NCBI GenBank assembly: GCA_964587395.1
Contig: CAZPMD010000009.1
Span: 1,507-65,506 of the forward strand
DNA: 64,000 nt
Source: an uncultured Hyphomicrobiales bacterium
GTDB lineage: Bacteria > Pseudomonadota > Alphaproteobacteria > Rhizobiales > Phreatobacteraceae
Direction of reading: 5' to 3'
Shown: positions 39,227-45,846 of the stretch, in pieces
Layout of the letters: every line of letters begins with the position of its first letter
Numbering within the stretch: position 1 is the first letter of the stretch
Notes under the pieces: generated by a model
The model's input: the letters and a program-made list of their open reading frames with translations, nothing else
The model's database searches: none
What the model was told of the DNA's origin: nothing
Program-made: the position numbers and the translations under genes

Positions 39227-39297
39227 GCGATCATCGCACGTCCCTTCCCGCGATGTGGACCTCTCCACTCAAGCCGCCTCTGGCGGCTTCTTTTTTT
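39227..39297 (+). ncRNA. Candidate EcfG-dependent small RNA or 5' attenuator (about 70 nt, ends approximate)
   Basis: Directly downstream of the 39196-39220 promoter there is a C/U-rich tract (cccttccc). A hairpin GTGGA-CCTC-TCCAC follows at 39254-39267, then an intrinsic terminator at 39270-39297. The next gene's ATG is at 39354. Confidence 0.3.
39270..39297 (+). terminator. Rho-independent terminator-like hairpin with a U-tract
   Basis: AAGCCGCC-tct-GGCGGCTT followed by CTTTTTTT. Lies 119 nt after the ABC transporter stop and 57 nt before the next ATG. Confidence 0.65.
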
Positions 39298-39353
39298 CAC
39301 CAGGTCCGGGTGCGAAGCTGTGTCGAAGCGCGCCCCGGAGTTTGACGGCCACG

Positions 39354-40235
39354 ATGGATCTGCACCTGCGTCACGTCACGACCTATCAGTATGCGGGGCC
39401 GGTCCAGTTCGGCCCCCACCGGCTGATGCTTCGCCCGCGCGACAGCTTCGACCTGCGCATCCTCGATACGCAGCTGGACATCTTCCCGAACGCCGAGCTG
39501 CACTGGTCGCATGACGTCTATGGCAACCCGATCTGCGTCGCGACCTTCGCCGGGATGGCGGACAGGCTCGAGATCACGTCGGGCCTCGTGCTGCGCCGCT
39601 ATGCCTCCGCCTTTCCGCGCGCCCATACGATGGCCGGTGCAGCCTTCGCTCCCCACTACACCGATGGCGAACGCATCGTGCTGCAGCCCTTCCTGGTCCC
39701 CGCCAGCGGCGACGAGGGCGGGGTGCTCGCCGCCTGGACCGCAGCGGCCCTTTCAGGCGAAGCGCAGGACCTCGATCCGCTGAGCCGCCTGTCGCGGGCC
39801 ATCCATGCCGGCTTCGGCTACGCGGCGCGCTACGAGGAGGGCACCCAGACGCCGGCGCAGACGCTGAACCTGAGGTCCGGCTCCTGCCGGGATCTCGCCT
39901 GGCTGTTCATCGAGGCGGTCAGGCGGCGCGGCTATGCGGCGCGCTTCGTGACCGGCTATCTGCACGACGGCCGCGCCGCCGACCCGTCGTACCGCTCGGT
40001 CGCCGGCCTGACCCATGCCTGGGCCGAGGTCTTCATTCCCGGCGACGGCTGGGTGGAGTTCGATCCCACCAACGCGCTCGTCGCCGACCCGCATCTGATC
40101 CGTGTCGCGGTGGCGCGGGTGCCATGGGATGCGTCGCCTGTGTCGGGCAGCTTCATCGGCCCGGTCGGCGCCCTCATCAGCCTGTCCGTCGGCGTCGATA
40201 TCGCGCCGACGGAGAGCTACGCGAGCGTCGCCTGA
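39354..40235 (+). CDS. Transglutaminase-like (Bact_transglu_N + transglutaminase core) family protein, copy 2, with an intact Cys-His-Asp pattern
   Basis: ORF 39081..40235 trimmed to MDLHLRHVTTYQYAGPVQFGPHRLMLRP. Core GSCRDLAWL ... THAWAEVFIPGDGWVEFDPTN. Confidence 0.8.
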   Translation: MDLHLRHVTTYQYAGPVQFGPHRLMLRPRDSFDLRILDTQLDIFPNAELHWSHDVYGNPICVATFAGMADRLEITSGLVLRRYASAFPRAHTMAGAAFAPHYTDGERIVLQPFLVPASGDEGGVLAAWTAAALSGEAQDLDPLSRLSRAIHAGFGYAARYEEGTQTPAQTLNLRSGSCRDLAWLFIEAVRRRGYAARFVTGYLHDGRAADPSYRSVAGLTHAWAEVFIPGDGWVEFDPTNALVADPHLIRVAVARVPWDASPVSGSFIGPVGALISLSVGVDIAPTESYASVA

Positions 40236-40242
40236 GCAGGCA

Positions 40243-41895
40243 TCAGAGAGGGATGGTCCAGCGCCCAGAGCTGGCGCCGTCCGGCCACTCCGTCTGCGTC
40301 GCGCCGATCTGGCGCAGCAGGCCGACAGCAACCTTGGTGTTGACGGCGCCGGCGCGGCGGTGATCCGTGGCGACGTCGAGCGTCAGGCTGTCGCCGCCCG
40401 ATCCGGTGCTGATCCTGACCGACACGCTGTCCGCCTCATCCTCCTGCAGCGCATGCGACGCAAGCTCGACGACGAGCAGTCCCAGGGGAATGGCGCGATC
40501 GACCACCAGGGCGGCATCGTCCGGAGCGGTGGCGGTGATCCAGGGGCGGCCGGGCTGGAGCAGGCCGTTGAGCATGGCCGCCACCTCGTCGAGGAAGGGC
40601 TTCAGTTCGACGGGCCGCATCTCGCCCTGGGCGAGGGCGTGGCGATAGGCGATCGACAGCACGTGGACCTTCGCCTCGACCGCTGCCAGGACCGGTCGGT
40701 GTTCCGTGCCGTGCTGTCGGCGCGCCAGGCTGAGATAGCTCTGGATCACCTGAAGGCTGTTCTTCACGCGATGATGCAGTTCGCGCACGAGGTGGCGGTT
40801 GGCGCCGATCGTCTGGTTGAGCCGCTCCACGCGGCCAGCCTGGTCGATGACCAGCGTGTTGAAGGCCTCTGAGACCCGGCGGATGTCCTGGGGCATGGCG
40901 GGATCGACCGGCGCGAGTTTGGCCTCGTGCGAGCTTCGCGCCACCGCCGCCGCCTCGATGCCGCGGATCCAGCGCACGATGTTGGCGTCGATGGCCAGCG
41001 AGTAGACCGCGAAGAGCACCATCAGGGTGACAAGCGGTGTGAGAAGAAGCGCGATGAACTGGAGGAACGCGGCCCGCTCGGCCTGCTGGTCGAAACGCGC
41101 GAGGACATAGAGGTCCGGCTCGGCGACCCGCTGCATGCCGTAGGTCGCCGTCTGTCCTGCACGGCTGACGGCCTCCCAGCGCTGCAACTCGCCGGTGTTG
41201 CGCCCCTCCAGGGGAAGCCAACTCATGTCGGATTCGTCCGCGCCACGCGCCGCCACGACGTCGGAACTGCCGCGGACGATGCCGACGATGACACCGGGGT
41301 TGACCACACCCAGTTCGAAGGCGCGATCCATGATGACGGAATCGACGAGCAGCAGGGATTCGAGAACCTGGGTCTGCGGACCGCTGTTGCGGCGCGCATA
41401 GATGACCATGAACCGGCGCTGCCCGATCTGCGTGACACCGTAGCTGGCCTCGGCGAGATCGCTGCCGATCCACGTGCTGCTGCGGCTGCGGGTCCGATAG
41501 TCCTCGACGATACCGACGAGCACGGCCTCGCTGAGCTCCGCGGTCTGTCCCGCCATGCATCCGGGACGATCCCCCGCGCTGAGCGCGATGGCGCTGATCC
41601 CGATGTTGTCGCCGACGATGCGCCGGGCGATGGCGCGGCACTGCTCGGGCGAGGCATCCGTGGCCGCGACGCTCGCCGTCGCGGCCAGGAGCACCCTGAG
41701 CGATTCCCGGAACCAGACGCGGGTCCGGACCGCGAAGTTTCCCACCGTCTGCGACTGCGACGTCTCGATCGAGGAGAGGACCGAGCGATAGGTCGCGGTC
41801 GCCGTCACCGCCGTGATGACGGCGATGGGCAGGATCACCAGGACCATCAGGGCGAGGAGGCGGCCCCGGACGGTGCGGAATACGGTGACATTCAT
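40243..41895 (-). CDS. Membrane HWE/HisKA_2 sensor histidine kinase encoded in the nepR-ecfG operon (PhyK-like position)
   Basis: ORF 40243..42390(-) trimmed to MNVTVFRTVRGRLLALMVLVILPIAVI (ATG 41895, 5 nt after the ecfG stop). Two TM segments flank a periplasmic domain. H-box [20 protein letters not shown]. Confidence 0.85.
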   Translation of the reverse strand: MNVTVFRTVRGRLLALMVLVILPIAVITAVTATATYRSVLSSIETSQSQTVGNFAVRTRVWFRESLRVLLAATASVAATDASPEQCRAIARRIVGDNIGISAIALSAGDRPGCMAGQTAELSEAVLVGIVEDYRTRSRSSTWIGSDLAEASYGVTQIGQRRFMVIYARRNSGPQTQVLESLLLVDSVIMDRAFELGVVNPGVIVGIVRGSSDVVAARGADESDMSWLPLEGRNTGELQRWEAVSRAGQTATYGMQRVAEPDLYVLARFDQQAERAAFLQFIALLLTPLVTLMVLFAVYSLAIDANIVRWIRGIEAAAVARSSHEAKLAPVDPAMPQDIRRVSEAFNTLVIDQAGRVERLNQTIGANRHLVRELHHRVKNSLQVIQSYLSLARRQHGTEHRPVLAAVEAKVHVLSIAYRHALAQGEMRPVELKPFLDEVAAMLNGLLQPGRPWITATAPDDAALVVDRAIPLGLLVVELASHALQEDEADSVSVRISTGSGGDSLTLDVATDHRRAGAVNTKVAVGLLRQIGATQTEWPDGASSGRWTIPL

Positions 41896-41900
41896 CGCGA

Positions 41901-42461
41901 TCAGGTACGCGCCATGTCTGCAGGGGACTGGTGGATGACAGCGGCGGTCCGGCGATCCGGCCCGATCTCGTCGACGCCGGTGATGCCCAGGAGATCGGCG
42001 AGCTTGGCGCGTGCGCGATTGACCCGGCTCTTGATCGTGCCGACGGCGACGCCGCAGATCTCCGCCGCCTCCTCGTAGGACAGGCCGCTGGCGCCGACCA
42101 TGATCAGCACCTCGCGATGTTCCTCCGAAAGCTTGGCGAGCGCCTTGCGGAAATCGGCGAGATCGAGCGCGCTTTCCTGTTCGCCCGACACGGTGAGGCG
42201 CTGGGCATAGGTTCCGTCGCTGTCCTGCACCTCGCGGCCACGCTTGCGGTAGAGCGAGTAGTAGGTGTTGCGCAGGATGGTGAACAGCCAGGCGCGCAGG
42301 CTCGTCCCCGGCTGGAACTTCTCGGAATTGCCCCAGGCCTTCAGCATGGTCTCCTGCACGAGGTCGTCGGCCTGCGTGACCGAGCCGCACAGGGAGACGC
42401 CGAAGGCGCGCAGGTTCGGCAACTCCGCAATCAGGCCTTCGCGGAACTCGTCACTGGGCAT
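41901..42461 (-). CDS. ecfG: ECF sigma factor EcfG (general stress response sigma)
   Basis: ORF 41901..42491(-). ATG 42461 is preceded by AAGGAGCGTCGCA. LVQETMLKAWGN (region 2) and LSYEEAAEICGVAVGTIKSRVNRAR (region 4). Immediately after nepR and divergent from phyR. Confidence 0.9.
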   Translation of the reverse strand: MPSDEFREGLIAELPNLRAFGVSLCGSVTQADDLVQETMLKAWGNSEKFQPGTSLRAWLFTILRNTYYSLYRKRGREVQDSDGTYAQRLTVSGEQESALDLADFRKALAKLSEEHREVLIMVGASGLSYEEAAEICGVAVGTIKSRVNRARAKLADLLGITGVDEIGPDRRTAAVIHQSPADMART

Positions 42462-42648
42462 TGCGACGCTCCTTGGCTTCGAGTTCGGCAAGGAGAACGA
42501 GGAAGCGATCGGGCATCGGCGCCTTGATGAGGTCGTCGTAATGGGCCTTCAGCGATTTGCCGATGGCCTCCTGGATGCGCGGGTCAAGGACGATGTCCCT
42601 GTCGTCGTCCTTCCGGTCCTTGTCGTTGTTGTCCCGAATCTCACCCAT
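42451..42648 (-). CDS. nepR: Anti-sigma factor NepR
   Basis: 65 aa. ...IQEAIGKSLKAHYDDLIKAPMPDRFLVLLAELEAKE matches the NepR core. Overlaps the ecfG start by 11 nt. Confidence 0.88.
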   Translation of the reverse strand: MGEIRDNNDKDRKDDDRDIVLDPRIQEAIGKSLKAHYDDLIKAPMPDRFLVLLAELEAKERRNAQ

Positions 42649-42697
42649 CGACCTCTCCTCGCGTACCTTTTGGAGGCGCGCACCTGATCCAACCCAG

Positions 42698-42722
42698 AAC
42701 GCCCCTTTCCGGCATTGGTTCC
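42698..42722 (-). promoter_or_regulatory. EcfG-type promoter, exact GGAAC-N16-CGTT (minus strand); autoregulatory promoter of nepR-ecfG
   Basis: Plus strand AACGcccctttccggcattgGTTCC. 49 nt upstream of the nepR ATG 42648. Confidence 0.7.
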
Positions 42723-42800
42723 CGGAAAATGGAAAAATAAAAAACTTGCCAAAACAAGGGGTTCCGGGCTGCTCTTGGCGTCATTCGACAGGAGTCTAGA

Positions 42801-43598
42801 ATGACCATTGCTGCGGAAATTGCCCCGCATCTCCCCTATCTGCGCCGCTTCGCCCGTGCCCTCAGCGGCACGCAGGCCGGCGGTGATTCCTATGTGCTGG
42901 CGACGCTCGAGACGCTGGTGGCCGATCCTTCCTCCTTCCCGAGAGACGTGTCCGCCCGCATCGCCTTGTATCGGATCTTCCTCAAGCTCTGGTCGTCCAT
43001 GCCAGTGAACATGTCGCAGCCGACGACCATGCTGGTTCGTGCCGGCGCTGTGGAGCGCAATCTCGAAGCGCTGACGCCGATCTCCCGGCAGGCGTTCCTG
43101 CTCAGGACGGTCGAAGGTTTCTCTGTGGAAGAAGTGGCCGGCGTCCTCAACGTTGACCTCGATCGGGCCGGAGCCCTCATCCAGCAGGCCGGACGCGAGA
43201 TCGCCGAACAGGTGGCGACCGACGTCCTCATCATCGAGGACGAACCGATCATCGCGCTCGACATCGAGACGCTGGTCCAGGAACTCGGCCACTCGGTCAC
43301 CGGCATCGCCCGGACCCACAAGGAGGCCGTCGCCCTCGTCGCGAAGAAGCGCCCGGGTCTCGTCCTCGCCGATATCCAACTGGCCGATGGTTCGTCAGGG
43401 CTGGAGGCGGTCGCGGAGATCCTGGAGAGCATCGACCTGCCGGTCATCTTCATCACGGCCTATCCGGAGCGCCTGCTCACCGGCGAGCGGCCGGAACCGG
43501 CCTTCCTGATCACCAAGCCGTTCCAGCCGGAGGCGGTCAAGGCGGCGATCAGCCAGGCGCTGTTCTTCGACCGCCGGTCGGAGCGGAAGGTGGCCTGA
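42801..43598 (+). CDS. phyR: PhyR anti-anti-sigma response regulator (sigma-like domain + receiver)
   Basis: 265 aa. N-terminal HLPYLRRFARALSG... ECF-sigma-like domain. C-terminal receiver VLIIEDEPIIALDI...LVLADIQLADGSSG...ITKPF. Confidence 0.92.
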   Translation: MTIAAEIAPHLPYLRRFARALSGTQAGGDSYVLATLETLVADPSSFPRDVSARIALYRIFLKLWSSMPVNMSQPTTMLVRAGAVERNLEALTPISRQAFLLRTVEGFSVEEVAGVLNVDLDRAGALIQQAGREIAEQVATDVLIIEDEPIIALDIETLVQELGHSVTGIARTHKEAVALVAKKRPGLVLADIQLADGSSGLEAVAEILESIDLPVIFITAYPERLLTGERPEPAFLITKPFQPEAVKAAISQALFFDRRSERKVA

Positions 43599-43615
43599 CC
43601 GGGGCCGCCCGGTCA
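43596..43615 (+). terminator. Hairpin overlapping the phyR stop codon (TGACCGGG-gccg-CCCGGTCA)
   Basis: Perfect 8-bp stem. Only a weak T-tract downstream (gcgattttcc). Confidence 0.4.
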
Positions 43616-43640
43616 GAAGGCGATTTTCCCCGGACCTTGG

Positions 43641-43665
43641 GGAACCTTGACCGGGGATGCCGGTT
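43641..43665 (+). promoter_or_regulatory. Near-consensus EcfG-type promoter (GGAAC-N15-CGGTT, i.e. GGAAC-N18-TT)
   Basis: ggGGAACcttgaccggggatgcCGGTTg. About 50 nt upstream of ATG 43715. Confidence 0.35.
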
Positions 43666-43714
43666 GTCCGGTTCAGGAATGCGGTTCTCAACCGCTCTTT
43701 GCCCGGATGTCGCC

Positions 43715-43873
43715 ATGGGGATCATGCCCTCGGCCGTGACGATCCTGATGGCCGTTGCCGTCCTGTCTGGCGCCACGGTCAGCCGGACGCCGGTCATCGT
43801 CGACGCGAGCCTGCCTGCGCTCGCGCTGGCCGGATTCCATCTCGCCGTCGGTTTCGCCGATGGCGCCGCATGA
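43715..43873 (+). CDS. Small hydrophobic protein (52 aa), hypothetical
   Basis: Part of ORF 43637..43873: MGIMPSAVTILMAVAVLSGATV...ASLPALALAGFHLAVGFADGAA. Very high GC3 in this frame. Confidence 0.4.
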   Translation: MGIMPSAVTILMAVAVLSGATVSRTPVIVDASLPALALAGFHLAVGFADGAA

Positions 43874-44046
43874 CCCGAGCCGCAACGCGGTCGGAAGGCA
43901 TCGGTCAGAGGTCTCCCGTGTCGGGCGGTTGCGCGCCGCCCGTCCGCGGGAGATCGTCGTTAGTGGTATGTTCGCTTAGAGCTGGTTCTCTGCTCAGGCA
44001 GACCCTGGTGCGATGCGGGGCTCGCTCGCTGAGGCAAGTCAAGGTC

Positions 44047-44478
44047 ATGGTTAGGCAACGCATTCTCATTGTCGAGGACGACCCGTTCATCGCCATGGAC
44101 ATCGAGGCCGCAGTCCTCGAGGACCTCGGGCCGCGGACAGAAGTCATCGTCGTGGACAGCCTGCGCGAGGCGCAGGCCGTCGCCGTCGACGCGGTGGATT
44201 GCGCCCTGCTGGATGTCGATGTGGTCGGCGGCAAGACCTTCGAGGTCGCACTGAAGCTGCGCGAGCATGGGACCCCGTTCGCCTTCGTCTCGGGATCGTT
44301 GCCGTCCGATCTGCCCGCCGAACTCACGGGCGCGACCTTCGTGCGCAAGCCGTTCCACTCCCGTGACATCCTTGGCTTCGTGTCTGCTGCGATAGCGTCC
44401 CGCGAGGTGATGGACGCGGGCGAGGCCATGGAGACGACGCCCGCGGAACCGGTTGGCGGTCCCTTGTCGGGGTCGTGA
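44047..44478 (+). CDS. Single-domain (CheY-like) response regulator
   Basis: ORF 43657..44478 trimmed to MVRQRILIVEDDPFIAMDIE. Conserved acidic pocket, phospho-acceptor Asp in ALLDVDV, then FVSG and KPF. Confidence 0.8.
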   Translation: MVRQRILIVEDDPFIAMDIEAAVLEDLGPRTEVIVVDSLREAQAVAVDAVDCALLDVDVVGGKTFEVALKLREHGTPFAFVSGSLPSDLPAELTGATFVRKPFHSRDILGFVSAAIASREVMDAGEAMETTPAEPVGGPLSGS

Positions 44479-44575
44479 CGCGCAAGCCGGGAGGTTTCGA
44501 GTCGCGCAGGACTCGCGTCGGGTTGCCGGATGCGCAGGCAGGCTTGACCGGCCTTTGCCGTCAGGTCGAGCGATT

Positions 44576-44887
44576 CTAGAACCGGTCCGGTCGGATCACC
44601 TCGACGTCGGTCAGCCAGACACGCAGGCTGTGTGTATCGAGCATGGGTGTCAGCGCCTCGACAATTTCCGCCGCCTTTTCCTCGGTGGTGATGGTGAAGA
44701 TGAGCGTCTTGGCCGAGGCTCCCGACATCTGATCGTCGCTCCAGGTGCCGCGATAGCCCCCGCCCCTCGTCACCGGCATGACGGTATGCCCGGTCACCCC
44801 GCTGCGTTCGATGATCTCGACGATTCGCCGGGCCAGCGGCCGGTCAGCGAGAATGTCGACCTTCCTGCGTCGTTCCGTTGTGGTCAT
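44576..44887 (-). CDS. sbtB: P-II-like signalling protein paired with SbtA (SbtB-like)
   Basis: C-terminal 103 aa of ORF 44576..45892(-): MTTTERRRKVDILADRPLARRIVEIIERSGVTGHTVMPVTRGGGYRG... The start overlaps the sbtA stop (ATGA). Confidence 0.65.
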   Translation of the reverse strand: MTTTERRRKVDILADRPLARRIVEIIERSGVTGHTVMPVTRGGGYRGTWSDDQMSGASAKTLIFTITTEEKAAEIVEALTPMLDTHSLRVWLTDVEVIRPDRF

Positions 44888-45834
44888 GACGACAACCATC
44901 GTGTGAGGGCGGAGACGGCGGGAATGCCGATCGCGATGTTGAAGGGGAATGTCACAGCCAGCGACATCGCCAGGGAAAGCCCCGCATCCGCCTGTGGCAG
45001 GGCGAGGCGCATGGCGGCCGGCACGGCGATGTAGGAGGCACTGGCGGCGAGGATGCCGAGGCCGGCGGCGGAGCCGGCATCGAGCCCGATGAGGTGGCCG
45101 AGCAGCGTCCCGATCGTTCCGTTGACGACCGGCAGGAGGATGGCGAGTCCTGCGAGGCGCAGCGTCAGGGCGCGGGTCTCGCGCAACCTGCGGATGGCGA
45201 CGAGGCCCATGTCGAGGAGGAACAGGCAGAGAACGCCGCGGAACCCGGAGTCGAAGACCGGGGCCACGGTGGCAAAGCCCTTCTTGCCCACGACAAGGCC
45301 GATGACGAAGCTGCCGAGCAACAGGACGACGGTGCCGTTCAGCAGGGTCTCGCGAAGCAGCTCGCGGCGCTCGTGCGCGTCGCCGGCACGCACACCCCTG
45401 GCGAGGAGGAGACCCGCGATGATGGCCGGCGTCTCCATCAGGGCGAGCACGGCCACCATGAAGCCGGCCGGCGGCATGCCCGCCGCCGCCAGCATCTCGC
45501 TGCCCGCCACAAAGGTGACGACGCTGACCGAGCCGTAGTGCGCGGCCACTGCCGCCGCATCGAGACGGGGCAGCCGACCGAGACTCCTTAGCAAGGCGAA
45601 GGCGCCGACGGGAACGAGACAGCTCAGCGCAAGCCCCGCAACCGCGGCAGAGGCCATGAGCGGCGAGAAGCCGCTCTCCGCGACCTGGACGCCACCCTTC
45701 AGTCCGATGGCAGCCATGAGATAGAGCGCCATCCCCTTGGCGATCTGCTCGGGGATGGCAAGGTCGGACCGGGCGGCGGCGGCGAGGACGCCGAGCACGA
45801 AGAAGAGGATGACGGGAGAAAGAAGGACCTCCAT
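44884..45834 (-). CDS. sbtA: Sodium-dependent bicarbonate transporter family permease (SbtA-like)
   Basis: 316 aa polytopic membrane protein. MEVLLSPVILFFVLGVLAAAARSDLAIPEQIAKGMALYLMAAIGLKGG is typical of the Sbt_1 family. Confidence 0.7.
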   Translation of the reverse strand: MEVLLSPVILFFVLGVLAAAARSDLAIPEQIAKGMALYLMAAIGLKGGVQVAESGFSPLMASAAVAGLALSCLVPVGAFALLRSLGRLPRLDAAAVAAHYGSVSVVTFVAGSEMLAAAGMPPAGFMVAVLALMETPAIIAGLLLARGVRAGDAHERRELLRETLLNGTVVLLLGSFVIGLVVGKKGFATVAPVFDSGFRGVLCLFLLDMGLVAIRRLRETRALTLRLAGLAILLPVVNGTIGTLLGHLIGLDAGSAAGLGILAASASYIAVPAAMRLALPQADAGLSLAMSLAVTFPFNIAIGIPAVSALTRWLSS

Positions 45835-45846
45835 GGCGCGACGATC

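Noticed and set aside
42723-42800. An expected EcfG-type promoter for phyR in the nepR-phyR divergent region.
   Set aside because: I found no GGAAC-N16/17-CGTT on the plus strand. The region has only an A-rich tract (ggaaaaataaaaaacttgcc) and a second GGTTCC with no correctly spaced CGTT. The phyR promoter remains unidentified.
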